Part shown: one piece after another, positions 8,699 through 18,300 of the stretch | Numbering within the stretch: the stretch's first letter is position 1 | Layout: every line of letters starts with the position of its first letter | Origin: Pseudomonadota bacterium | GTDB taxonomy: Bacteria; Pseudomonadota; Gammaproteobacteria; Burkholderiales; UBA11063 | Direction: 5' to 3' | DNA length: 32,000 nt | Assembly (NCBI GenBank): GCA_052033675.1 | Contig: JBPOJK010000125.1 | Coordinates: 736-32,735, forward strand | Translations under genes and position numbers: made by a program | The notes under the pieces: generated by a model | What the model saw: the letters and a program-made list of their open reading frames with translations, nothing else | Told to the model about the DNA's origin: nothing | Database searches by the model: none

Positions 8699-9265
8699 AT
8701 GCGAATTGGTGTTTCAGGTGATGTTGGCTCATTTTCGGAAGAAGCCGGTTGGATCTATGCCGCCAAGGCTCATGGACAAAATCATACCTTACATTATCTA
8801 ATTGATATGGAAGGGGTCTTGCAAGCTTTAAGTAAAAATGAAATTGATGTGGGGATTTTCCCATTTGTAAATTACAATAGTGGGATTGTTTGGCCGGCAT
8901 TTGCTGCAATGGGTAAATATAATTTTATGCCGATAGATGATTTGCAGTTAAATGTTGAACAGTGTCTCTTGGCAAAACGCGAGATGCCATTAAATACGAT
9001 TAAGGAATTATATTCATATACTCCGGCATTTGAGCAATGTAAAGGCTTTATTTCCCAACATGGTTACCACCTAATTGATTGGGGCGACACCGCCAAAGCT
9101 GCGCGGGATCTGGCATCCGGAATATTGCCCGAAAATGCGGCAGTTGTAGCATCGGCACAAGCAGCAAAAAGTTATAATCTGGTAATATTACGGCAGGGTA
9201 TTCAGGACTTGCAGCCAAATATTACCCGCTTTATTGTCGTAAAAAGGAATGACGAACATGAGTGA
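8699..9265 (+). CDS. pheA: Prephenate (or arogenate) dehydratase, catalytic PDT domain only; no ACT regulatory domain and no fused chorismate mutase
   Basis: 188-aa ORF. It starts MRIGVSGDVGSFSEEA and contains the conserved TRF motif (PNITRFIVV) near the C-terminus. The protein stops right after the PDT domain, which leaves no room for the roughly 80-aa ACT domain. Confidence 0.75.
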   Translation: MRIGVSGDVGSFSEEAGWIYAAKAHGQNHTLHYLIDMEGVLQALSKNEIDVGIFPFVNYNSGIVWPAFAAMGKYNFMPIDDLQLNVEQCLLAKREMPLNTIKELYSYTPAFEQCKGFISQHGYHLIDWGDTAKAARDLASGILPENAAVVASAQAAKSYNLVILRQGIQDLQPNITRFIVVKRNDEHE

Positions 9266-9527
9266 ATTGGATCAATTGCGTAAGCAAATTACCCAGATTG
9301 ATGGCAAAATTATTGAACTAATCGCTGAACGACAACAACTAATTACTAAGGTTGGACAATACAAACGCAAACACCAATTGCCGGTATATTGTCCGGAACG
9401 TGAAGCATTATTAAGAACCTTTCATGATACTGTCAGCGAAGAACAACAGGTCTCGGCAACCATGATCGCTAAGGTATTTGAAGTATTAATCGAAGAATCT
9501 CGGAGGACCCAGTTAAATGAGCAATAA
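9258..9527 (+). CDS. Chorismate mutase, AroQ (all-helical) class, stand-alone
   Basis: The sequence SELDQLRKQITQIDGKIIELIAERQQLITKVGQYKRKHQLPVYCPEREALL is typical of AroQ helix 1-2. I prefer the ATG at 9258, which has AAGGAA about 8 nt upstream. The track start at 9249 is also possible. The gene overlaps the end of the dehydratase gene. Confidence 0.8.
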   Translation: MSELDQLRKQITQIDGKIIELIAERQQLITKVGQYKRKHQLPVYCPEREALLRTFHDTVSEEQQVSATMIAKVFEVLIEESRRTQLNEQ

Positions 9528-10710
9528 AGTACAATCATCTATTACCGTCGCAATTAATTCACTGGCGCAAAGCAAGAAAGCTCAGGGGATTCGAGTTTAC
9601 AATCTCAGTGCGGGCGAACCAAAGCTGATGACCCCTGAAGTTGTGCGCGCCGCCGCAATTAAATTTATTGAAATTGGGGATGTTCCTTATCCAATTACGG
9701 CTGGACACCCGGAATTGCGCAAATTGGCATGTGAATGGATAAACCGGCTCTATGGTGCCAATTATTCGGTCAATGAAAATTTAATCACTACCGGCGGTAA
9801 GTACGGGATTTATTTGCTGTTGCAATATTTATTGGGTGCTAGTTCACCGCTTAAAACTAATCCACAGGAAGAGTTGGCGGTAATGGTGCCGGCGCCGTAT
9901 TGGGTGTCATATCCGGCAATTACCAAAATCATGACTGGTAAAGCTATTGTAGTTAATACCACCGAAGATGGTGAGTGGAAAATTACTCCGCAAATGGTCC
10001 GCGCAGCCTATCAAAGTAACTGTAAATTGCTATTTTTGAATAATGGGGTTAATCCGACTGGAATTATCTATACCCGTGAAGAAATTGCTGCAATCTTGGC
10101 GGTTGCCGAAGAATTGGGGCTTTGGATAATTAGTGATGAGGTTTATAGCGGTTTGGTCTATAATGGCGATGAGTATGTTTCGTGTGCCTCATTTCCAGAA
10201 TATAAAGATAACGTAATCGTAATTCAGAGTGCCTCAAAATCATTTGCTATGACTGGTTGGCGAGTGGGCTTTTTGTTTGCCAAAAGCGAATTAATTGAAG
10301 CGTTAACTTCACTGACTTCGCAAAGTACCACCGGAGTTTCCTTGGTTTGTCAACATGGTGCAATCGCAGCTTTCAAACATGCTGATGAAATTATGCGGTG
10401 GGTCAATGCTAGCATGAAACGTCGCCGTGATGTTTTCATTGCGGCAGTTAAAGAATATTTTGGGATTGAGTTACCGCAACCCAAAGCGACCCTCTACAGT
10501 TTTGTATCTTTGGCAAAATTGGGAGTGCCTGCGGGAATTAGTGATGAAGAATTATGCTTTAGGGCACTAGAAGAAGCTAATGTCGCAACTGTACCTGGCA
10601 GTGGTTTTGGTCAACCAGGCTATCTGCGTTTCTCTTTTGCTGCGGATGAAGAGGATTTAACTGGTGGTGTGGCTGCGCTTGCCAATTTCATTAAAACATT
10701 AGCCAAATAA
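9517..10710 (+). CDS. Class-I pyridoxal-phosphate aminotransferase (aspartate/aromatic/prephenate aminotransferase type)
   Basis: 397-aa ORF with NLSAGEP, NPTG, ISDEVY and the PLP-lysine motif [21 protein letters not shown] lies 9 nt upstream of the ATG. The gene overlaps the chorismate mutase stop. Confidence 0.85.
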   Translation: MSNKVQSSITVAINSLAQSKKAQGIRVYNLSAGEPKLMTPEVVRAAAIKFIEIGDVPYPITAGHPELRKLACEWINRLYGANYSVNENLITTGGKYGIYLLLQYLLGASSPLKTNPQEELAVMVPAPYWVSYPAITKIMTGKAIVVNTTEDGEWKITPQMVRAAYQSNCKLLFLNNGVNPTGIIYTREEIAAILAVAEELGLWIISDEVYSGLVYNGDEYVSCASFPEYKDNVIVIQSASKSFAMTGWRVGFLFAKSELIEALTSLTSQSTTGVSLVCQHGAIAAFKHADEIMRWVNASMKRRRDVFIAAVKEYFGIELPQPKATLYSFVSLAKLGVPAGISDEELCFRALEEANVATVPGSGFGQPGYLRFSFAADEEDLTGGVAALANFIKTLAK

Positions 10711-10727
10711 ACAGGGGTTTAAATAAG

Positions 10728-11813
10728 ATGTCAGGAAATAGCTTTGGTCAAAATTTTAAAATTACTACCTGTGGTGAATCACATGGTGGTGCAGTTGGGG
10801 TAATAATTGATGGCTGTCCGCCGGGATTGGAAATCACGCTTGAAGAAATCCAGTATGAGTTGGATCGGCGTAAACCAGGACAAAGCTCAATTACTACGCC
10901 ACGCAAAGAGGAAGATACCATTCATGCATTATCGGGTATTTTTAATGGAAAAACTACCGGGACACCAATTTTATTACTGGCACATAATAAAGACCAACGC
11001 TCAGAAGATTATAACCACTTAAAAGATGTTTTTCGACCGTCGCATGCCGATTTTACATATTTGATGAAATATGGCCTACGTGACTATCGCGGCAGTGGGC
11101 GGGCTAGTGCCCGTGAAACTTTGGCGCGGGTGGCGGCAGGTGCGATTGCCAAAAAATATTTACAACAGGAGTTAGGGATTGAAATCTTGGCTTATGTGGA
11201 ACAGGTTGGTTCACTTAAGGCGGCTGTAAATCAGGATACGGTAACCATGGCAATGGTTGAAAGCAATATTGCGCGGTGTCCGGATCCGCAAATAGCGACA
11301 GAGATGATTAATTTAATTGAACAAGTTCTTGCCGATGGTGATTCAATTGGTGGGGTCGTTAAGTGTATTATTCGTCATGTTCCGGTTGGTTTGGGCGAGC
11401 CGGTCTTTGACCGCTTATCTGCCGATTTGGCCAAAGCGATGCTCTCAATTAATGCTACCAAGGGTTTTGAAATTGGTTCCGGCTTTGCTGGTGTTGAATT
11501 ACGTGGTTCGGTACATAATGATCCGTTTATTTTGAATGAAGGTGAAATCCGGACCCAAACCAATCATGCTGGTGGGGTATTGGGTGGAATCTCTTCCGGT
11601 GAAGATATTTATTTCAGGGTGGCATTCAAGCCGGTTTCAACCATTAGTAAGCCTCAACAAACTTTGGATGTTGATTATAATGAAGTGCAGTTAACTGCAC
11701 ATGGACGGCATGACCCATGTGTCTTGCCGCGCGCTGTGCCGGTAGTTGAAGCGATGGCAGCATTGGTGGTAATCGACCATTATTTGCGTCATAAATCCTA
11801 TGCGCAAGGTTAA
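10728..11813 (+). CDS. aroC: Chorismate synthase
   Basis: 361-aa ORF with [55 protein letters not shown] and [15 protein letters not shown]. Confidence 0.93.
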   Translation: MSGNSFGQNFKITTCGESHGGAVGVIIDGCPPGLEITLEEIQYELDRRKPGQSSITTPRKEEDTIHALSGIFNGKTTGTPILLLAHNKDQRSEDYNHLKDVFRPSHADFTYLMKYGLRDYRGSGRASARETLARVAAGAIAKKYLQQELGIEILAYVEQVGSLKAAVNQDTVTMAMVESNIARCPDPQIATEMINLIEQVLADGDSIGGVVKCIIRHVPVGLGEPVFDRLSADLAKAMLSINATKGFEIGSGFAGVELRGSVHNDPFILNEGEIRTQTNHAGGVLGGISSGEDIYFRVAFKPVSTISKPQQTLDVDYNEVQLTAHGRHDPCVLPRAVPVVEAMAALVVIDHYLRHKSYAQG

Positions 11814-11844
11814 TTAATCAAGATTTTTGGCAAGAAGTGTCATT

Positions 11845-12294
11845 ATGCAACTGAATATATTTACTGATATCGCTTTGAAATCGCTGATTTATCTCAAACA
11901 AAGTGAGCGATTGACGACGATTAATGAGTTGGCGGAAGCCTTTAGTCTGCCTAGAAATCATTTGGTCAAAGTATTGAATTTTATGGTTCGCCAGCAGTGG
12001 ATACTTTCGGTTCGTGGTCGCTACGGCGGCTTACGTTATAATCCGGTTAGTGATGCTATTCGCTTGGGTGATATTGTATTGACCCTCGAAACCAAACGAG
12101 AATTACTTAATTGTCAGGAATGTATGATCGGTAACTGTTGCTTTTTGCGAGGTATTTTAGGTGAGGCACAGGCTGCATTTTATGCCAGTCTTAATCGCTA
12201 TAGTGCTGCTGACTTGCTGACACCCGCATTAGCCGATGCTTTGCAGCCTAAAATTATTCACTTTCAGAAATCGGCCGCAAGTAATCTAAATTAA
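11845..12294 (+). CDS. Rrf2-family transcriptional regulator (NsrR/IscR-like, probable Fe-S cluster sensor)
   Basis: The sequence MQLNIFTDIALKSLIYL...NHLVKVLNFMVRQQWILSVRGRYGGLRY forms a winged HTH collinear with E. coli NsrR. The Cys cluster is LNCQECMIGNCC. The ATG at 11845 is preferred over the upstream TTG at 11827. Confidence 0.8.
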   Translation: MQLNIFTDIALKSLIYLKQSERLTTINELAEAFSLPRNHLVKVLNFMVRQQWILSVRGRYGGLRYNPVSDAIRLGDIVLTLETKRELLNCQECMIGNCCFLRGILGEAQAAFYASLNRYSAADLLTPALADALQPKIIHFQKSAASNLN

Positions 12295-12295
12295 T

Positions 12296-14107
12296 ATGTC
12301 AGAATTATCTTCTCCGGAAAGTATTTTAAAACAAGTTTTTGGCTATTCTACTTTTCAGGGACAGCAGCAGCAGGTGATTGCCCACGTTCTAGAGGGTGGT
12401 AGTTGTCTGGCACTTATGCCAACAGGTGGTGGTAAATCATTATGCTACCAAATTCCGGCGCTGGTGATGGATGGAATTACCTTGGTAGTGTGTCCGCTAA
12501 TTGCGCTCATGCAGGATCAGGTGGCATCGCTTAGCGAACTAGGAGTTTCGGCGGTCTATCTCTCATCCATTCTTGATGAACAAAGCCAGCAAGAAGCGAT
12601 GCACAAAATCCGCACTCAGCAGGTAAAATTGGTATATCTGACCCCCGAGCGTCTAGTCAATGAATGGTTTTTAAATTTTATTCGTCAATTTAAAATCAAC
12701 CTGATTGCGGTTGATGAAGCGCATTGTGTCTCACATTGGGGGCATGATTTCCGTCCCGAATATCAAAAGCTGGCAATTTTAGCGAAAATATTTCCACGAG
12801 TTCCCCGCTTGGCGCTAACGGCCACCGCGGATTATTACACTAAAGTTGATATTCTCCATTTCCTGGAATTAAAAAATCAGCCAATCTTCAGCACTTCGTT
12901 TAATCGCAGTAATTTATTTTATCAAACCACCGAAAAGAATAATGGTAAAAATCAATTATTAGGGTTTATCGCTCAACATGCCCACCAATCTGGAATAATC
13001 TATTGTAATTCCCGCCGCAAAGTCGATGAAATTCATGAATTTCTTAATTGTTCCGGAGTTACCGCTTTTAAATATCATGCTGGTCTTGAAAATGCAACGA
13101 GGATAGAGCAGCAAAACTTATTCCTGCAAAGTTCCAATCGGGTAATGGTTGCAACGGTAGCTTTTGGTCTGGGAATCGATAAGCCGGATGTGCGCTATGT
13201 TTATCATTTTGAAATGCCGCGCAGTATTGAGCATTTTTATCAGGAATCCGGACGCGCCGGTCGGGATGGGATGGCAGCGTTTAGCATGGTGAATTTTGGC
13301 TTTAAAGAAATTTATGAATTATCACAGATGGTTTTGCAAAGCGAAGTTAGCGAACTTAAAAAACGTTATGAATTGGATAAGCTAAAAAAAATTATTGCCT
13401 ATTGCGACAGCGTTACTTGCCGGCGGCAGCAATTACTAAATTCTCTGGGCGAGGATTGCGATCCTTGCGGTCATTGTGATATTTGTATCAGTCAGGAACA
13501 ATTGCAGGATGGTTCGGTATTGGCACAAAAAATTCTCTCAACGGTTTATCGCTTACAACAAAAATTTTCACTAGGGCATATTATTGATGTCATGAAAGGC
13601 AAAGCCAGCAGTAGTGTGCAAATTTGGGAGCATCATCGTCTGTCAACTTTTGGCATAGCCAGTGAATTAAGCATCAAAGAACTTCGCCGTACCGTCCGCC
13701 AATTGTACAGCCAAAACTTACTAGACATTGATTTTAATAATGGTGCCATCAAGCTCAATGCCAATTCTTTGCCGGTATTGCGCGGAATCAAACAGGTATT
13801 ATTGCGCCCACAACGACGAGCCGAGTTGGCATTAGTTAATAATGTCTGGTTACGGACTGAGCATGAAGAACGAATTTATCATAATTTGCTAAATTGGCGG
13901 CATATGATGGCAATCCGTCATAAGGTTTCTCATCACGCAATTTTATCGGATAAAAGTTTGTATGAATTGGTCAACATTAAGCCGGAAAATCGCGGTGAGT
14001 TGAAAGATATCTATGGGATTGGTCAAGTTAAGCTGGAACGCTTTGGCGATGATTTATTAGTAGCTATTCATAAGAGTGCAAATAGTGTGAAAGCCGCAAT
14101 GTTTTAA
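12296..14107 (+). CDS. recQ: ATP-dependent DNA helicase RecQ
   Basis: 603-aa ORF with FGYSTFQGQQQQVI, MPTGGGKSLCYQIPA, AVDEAHCVSHWGHDFRPEY, LTATA, a Zn-binding Cys cluster (CRRQQLL...CGHCDIC) and a C-terminal HRDC-like region. Confidence 0.93.
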   Translation: MSELSSPESILKQVFGYSTFQGQQQQVIAHVLEGGSCLALMPTGGGKSLCYQIPALVMDGITLVVCPLIALMQDQVASLSELGVSAVYLSSILDEQSQQEAMHKIRTQQVKLVYLTPERLVNEWFLNFIRQFKINLIAVDEAHCVSHWGHDFRPEYQKLAILAKIFPRVPRLALTATADYYTKVDILHFLELKNQPIFSTSFNRSNLFYQTTEKNNGKNQLLGFIAQHAHQSGIIYCNSRRKVDEIHEFLNCSGVTAFKYHAGLENATRIEQQNLFLQSSNRVMVATVAFGLGIDKPDVRYVYHFEMPRSIEHFYQESGRAGRDGMAAFSMVNFGFKEIYELSQMVLQSEVSELKKRYELDKLKKIIAYCDSVTCRRQQLLNSLGEDCDPCGHCDICISQEQLQDGSVLAQKILSTVYRLQQKFSLGHIIDVMKGKASSSVQIWEHHRLSTFGIASELSIKELRRTVRQLYSQNLLDIDFNNGAIKLNANSLPVLRGIKQVLLRPQRRAELALVNNVWLRTEHEERIYHNLLNWRHMMAIRHKVSHHAILSDKSLYELVNIKPENRGELKDIYGIGQVKLERFGDDLLVAIHKSANSVKAAMF

Positions 14108-14145
14108 CAAAGATAAGAATTTAATTGCGATTTAATAGCTATAAA

Positions 14146-14170
14146 ATAACCGGCGGTTTTACTATTTTAT
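14146..14170. terminator. Weak hairpin between convergent recQ and the GNAT gene (possible bidirectional terminator)
   Basis: The sequence ataacc-ggc-ggtttt forms a short imperfect stem flanked by A-runs and T-runs. This is weak evidence. Confidence 0.3.
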
Positions 14171-14205
14171 TGTAAAGCTAAAATAATGTTATCTAATTGA
14201 TTAAT

Positions 14206-14736
14206 TTAAGATAATAAATACTCTAGCTGGCAGTCATAAGGTTCTTTTTGAACATGCTCTTGGTTATACTCTTTTGCTTCTACGCATCCTATTGAATTAT
14301 AAAATGCTTGGGACTCTACAGCAGAATGGGCAGACAAATATAATTTTTTCGCACCGCGCATTTTAGCCCATGTGCAAGCCATTTTAAATAATTTTTTACC
14401 AACACTTTTTCCTCTGAAGTCTTCTGAAACATGGATATTTGAAAGGTCAAGATATTCCTTATTCTTACCGAAAAAGTGACTTTCTACAGAAGAAAATCCT
14501 TTTAATTGTGAGTTGAAAAAAGCGCCAAAAACCACACCACCAGTGCTCTTTGTGTTTTTTAAGCATTTAATTAATGTGGTATATTCACCATCACCCCATT
14601 GATCAATAAATATAACATCGTGTATTATCCATTCATCATCAATTTTTCTCCAGCAACGAGTTACCACCTGCCGCCGTTCAAAATTAAGAAATAACCGCTT
14701 ATTAATCTCTGAAATCTCTAACACTCTATATTCCAT
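14206..14736 (-). CDS. GNAT-family N-acetyltransferase
   Basis: 176-aa ORF with an acetyl-CoA-binding motif of the Q/R-x-x-G-x-G/A type (FRGKSVGKKLF) followed by a YLSAHSAVESQAFYNSIGC helix. Its composition is visibly more AT-rich than the flanking genes. Confidence 0.8.
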   Translation of the reverse strand: MEYRVLEISEINKRLFLNFERRQVVTRCWRKIDDEWIIHDVIFIDQWGDGEYTTLIKCLKNTKSTGGVVFGAFFNSQLKGFSSVESHFFGKNKEYLDLSNIHVSEDFRGKSVGKKLFKMACTWAKMRGAKKLYLSAHSAVESQAFYNSIGCVEAKEYNQEHVQKEPYDCQLEYLLS

Positions 14737-14767
14737 TTATTTTCCAGTATTAGCACTTAACCGAAAT

Positions 14768-14798
14768 AATAAAACCGGGTATGAAACCCGGTTTTATT
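14768..14798 (-). terminator. Rho-independent terminator downstream of rpsT
   Basis: A perfect stem aaaaccggg / cccggtttt (14771-14779 and 14787-14795) has a 7-nt loop and U-rich tracts on both sides. Confidence 0.7.
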
Positions 14799-14804
14799 AT
14801 TCAA

Positions 14805-15068
14805 TTAAGCCATAGCTTTAATTTTAGCTGACAATTTGCTTTTATGACGCGCAGCCTTATTCTTGTGGAAAATGCCTTTACGGGCAATTCTATCAAGAGT
14901 AGACTGAGTATTGATAAATTCTGCTTTTGCAACTTCTTTATCACCACCTTGAATTGCTTTTAAAACTTTTTTAATTGCAGTTCTGAATTCAGTACGCAAC
15001 GCGAAATTATGATTACGACGTGCAACTGATTGACGAGCGCGTTTTCTAGCTTGAGCTGTATTAGCCAT
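14805..15068 (-). CDS. rpsT: 30S ribosomal protein S20
   Basis: 87-aa ORF beginning [35 protein letters not shown], collinear with bacterial S20. Confidence 0.95.
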   Translation of the reverse strand: MANTAQARKRARQSVARRNHNFALRTEFRTAIKKVLKAIQGGDKEVAKAEFINTQSTLDRIARKGIFHKNKAARHKSKLSAKIKAMA

Positions 15069-15148
15069 CTATGATTTTCCTTGATTTATAAAATGCTTGT
15101 AACGAGAGGAGTTACAATAGTTGTGTATAAATTGAGACACACCCAGTG

Positions 15149-15178
15149 ATTGTATCATAATTACCAAAGCAAGCTCAA
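15149..15178 (-). promoter_or_regulatory. Candidate sigma70 promoter for rpsT
   Basis: Reverse strand reads TTGAGC, then 18 nt, then TGaTACAAT (an extended -10). This would give a leader of about 80 nt. Confidence 0.35.
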
Positions 15179-15248
15179 ATTTTGTTTTTGTTTTCTTGAT
15201 CATTGACATCCTAAAAATGCTCCCTGCGCTTGATTGTATGCCTTTACG

Positions 15249-15275
15249 TTGCCACTGGTTAATATCTGGTATAAT
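15249..15275 (+). promoter_or_regulatory. Candidate extended -10 sigma70 promoter for the RND-tolC-hemA... gene array
   Basis: TTGCCA (15249-15254), then 15 nt, then TATAAT (15270-15275), preceded by TG in TGgTATAAT. It lies about 40-55 nt upstream of the plausible RND start codons. Confidence 0.4.
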
Positions 15276-15330
15276 ATGTGCTTTATGTCTACTACTTGCT
15301 GGGGTTAGTGAAGCTATGTCTCTGAAAAAC

Positions 15331-18300
15331 ATGAATCTATCTGAATGGGCGTTGAAAAATCAACCGCTGGTCAAATATTTTTTGATCTTATTGTTTGTTG
15401 CCGGGTTTTATGCTTATAGCAATTTAAATCAACGTGAAGACCCCAATTTTACTATTAAATCAATGGTAATTACGGTCTCATGGCCTGGTGCGACCGAACA
15501 GCAGATGGAAGATCAGGTAGTTGATAAAATTGAGAAAAAATTACTTGAGCTATCAACATTGGATAACACCTCCTCGCAAATCCGTCCAGGATCGGCAATT
15601 ATTACCGTGGAATTGGGTGATACCGTTCGTGGACAAGCCGTTAGCGATTCGTGGTATCAGGTACGTAAGAAAATTTCGGATATTAGTGCGACTTTACCAC
15701 CGGGAGTGGTTGGTCCATTTTATAATGATGAATTTGGCGATACTTATAGTAATATTTATGCCTTTCAAGCCGATGGTTATAATTATGAAGAATTGCGGCG
15801 AATTATGGAAGATGTCAAGCGCGAAATCCTTACCATTGACGGCATAAAAAAAGTAGATCTAATCGGTACTCAAAAAGAACAGATTTCAGTTAATATTTCC
15901 AGCAGTAAGTTGGCAACCTTAGGGGTTAGCTTAAACCAGGTTTTATCGGCTATTCAAAATCAAAATGCTGTTAATGCCGCTGGTAGCTTTGTTACTAAAG
16001 GTGATGAAATTCCGGTTCGGGTAACCGGTAATTTTGAAAATCTTGATCAAGTCAGGAGTTTGCCAATTGCAGTTAATGGCAAGATTTTCCGCCTTGGCGA
16101 TGTTGCGGATGTTAAACGCCAATTTGATGACCCATTCACTTCCAAAGTTCATTATAACGGGCATCAGGTGATTTTATTGGGGATAGTTCCTAAAGACAAT
16201 GTCGATGTGGTCGGTACTGGCGAGTTAATTGATGCTAAATACACTCAGATCAAGAAAAAATTACCGGTTGGGGTTACTGAGTATGTGGTTAGCAATCAAC
16301 CTGAAGTAGTTACCAAGTCGGTGCATGAATTTGTTCACAGCTTGGTGGAAGCCGTGATAATCGTGTTGGCGGTTAGTTTTATCAGCTTGGGCTGGCGCAC
16401 GGGGATTGTGGTGGCAATTTCGATACCATTGGTGCTGTCAGTAACTTTTTTGGTGATGCTGCTAATGGGGATTGATCTCCAGCGGATTTCCTTGGGGGCG
16501 CTGATCATTGCTCTCGGTCTCTTGGTAGATGATGCCATTATTGCCGTTGAAATGATGGTAATGAAAATGGAAGAAGGTTTTGATAAGTTTAAAGCCGCGA
16601 CTTTTGCTTATACCTCTACTGCCTTTCCCATGCTCTCCGGTACATTGATTACGGTCGCAGGATTTTTGCCGGTTGGTTTGAATGATTCCACCACTGGTGA
16701 ATATGTATTTTCATTATTTGCGGTAGTCGGGATTTCTTTGGTGGTATCATGGTTCGTGGCAGTTATTTTTACACCGTATTTGGGTTACCACCTTTTGCCT
16801 GCCGAAAAATATCGCCAAATTGGTTTACAGCAACATGGCAATGTTTTTGATAAACCATTCTATCATAAATTTAAAAAATTTCTACAGGTTGTGGTTGAGT
16901 ATAAAAAGACTGTCGTTTTATCTACGGTTGGAATTTTTGCGTTATCGTTAATTTTGTTTAAATTGTTTGTTTCCCAACAATTCTTCCCGGCATCCGATCG
17001 TCCGGAAGTGTTGGTTGATTTATGGTTGCCGTATTCATCATCAATTTATAACACTGAGTCGCAAGCATCCAGTTTTGAGAAGCTGGTAATGAAAGAAAGC
17101 GGTGTTGAAGGTGTAACTACCTTTATTGGAGTGGGTGCACCGCGGTTTATCTTGACGTTGGATGTTCAGCAGGAAAATACTAATTTTGCCCAGCTATTAA
17201 TCATGACTAAAGGCGACAAAGAGCGCGAAGTGGTGATAGATAATCTGAATAAAATTCTTAAAACCCAATATCCGGATATCCGTAGTCGCGTTAAACGTCT
17301 TGAGCTTGGTCCGCCAGTTGGTTATCCGATTCAATTCCGGATTTCCGGCACCGATGGACACCAATTGTTGAAAATTGCCGATCAGGTTGAAAGCATTATC
17401 CGGGCAAATCCATATACGACTAATGTTAATGACAACTGGGGTGATGACTTGAAATCATTGCGTTTGGAAGTGAATCAAAGTAAAGCTCAGCAAATCGGGT
17501 TGTCTTCCAGTGGTTTGGAGCAGCAACTTAACACTTTGCTTTCCGGTTCAACCATGACCTATTATTTTGAGCGCGATGAGACTATTCCAGTGGTTGGTAA
17601 ACTGGATAAAAATGAACGTAATCAGGTAAGTAATTTAAATAATCTAATGATTCAAACCGCGAGCGGGGCATTCGTTCCGGTTGGACAAATTGCCAAAGCG
17701 TCATTTATTACCGAACCAAGTCTGGAATACCGGCGTAGTCGAGTACCAACGATTACCGTACGGGCGGATGTTGTGGATGGCGCCCAGGGTAATGATATTA
17801 CCAATAAAATTGCCCCAGAACTGAGAAAATTGGAAAAAATTTTACCGCTGGGCTATCATATTGAGGTTGGCGGTAGTAGCGAATCTTCCGGCAAAGCTAG
17901 CAAACCAATTGCTAAATTATATCCGGTGATGTTCTTGATTATTTTCACCTTGCTAATGTTACAATTAAATAGCTTTAAACGCAGTATGTTGGTAGTTGCA
18001 ACTGCGCCATTGGGAATGATTGGGGTTACAATGTCATTGATTTTATTTCATGCCCCGTATGGCTTTGTAGCGATGCTTGGCGTTATCGCCTTGGCCGGGA
18101 TTATTATGCGCAACTCGGTAATTTTAATTGATCAGATTGAAAGTGATATTAAAGGTGGCGAATCGGCATATGAAGCAATTCAAATGTCGGTATTGCGTCG
18201 GTTTAGACCAATTATGCTAACTGCTGCCGCTGCTATTTTAGGGATGATTCCATTGGTGCGAAGCGCCTTTTGGGGACCAATGGCGGTTGCCATGATGGGG

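Noticed and set aside
14206-14736. The GNAT gene as the toxin of a GNAT/RHH toxin-antitoxin pair (AtaT/TacT/KacT-type).
   Set aside because: There is no small upstream antitoxin ORF, because the rpsT terminator sits there. The sequence does not resemble the AtaT-type toxins I can recall. It is more likely an ordinary small-molecule or protein acetyltransferase.
15069-15332. 87-aa reverse-strand ORF directly upstream of, and in frame with, rpsT.
   Set aside because: It ends in a stop codon immediately before the rpsT ATG and covers the rpsT/RND divergent promoter region. Its composition is low-complexity and unlike a protein. The region is better explained as promoters plus 5' leaders.
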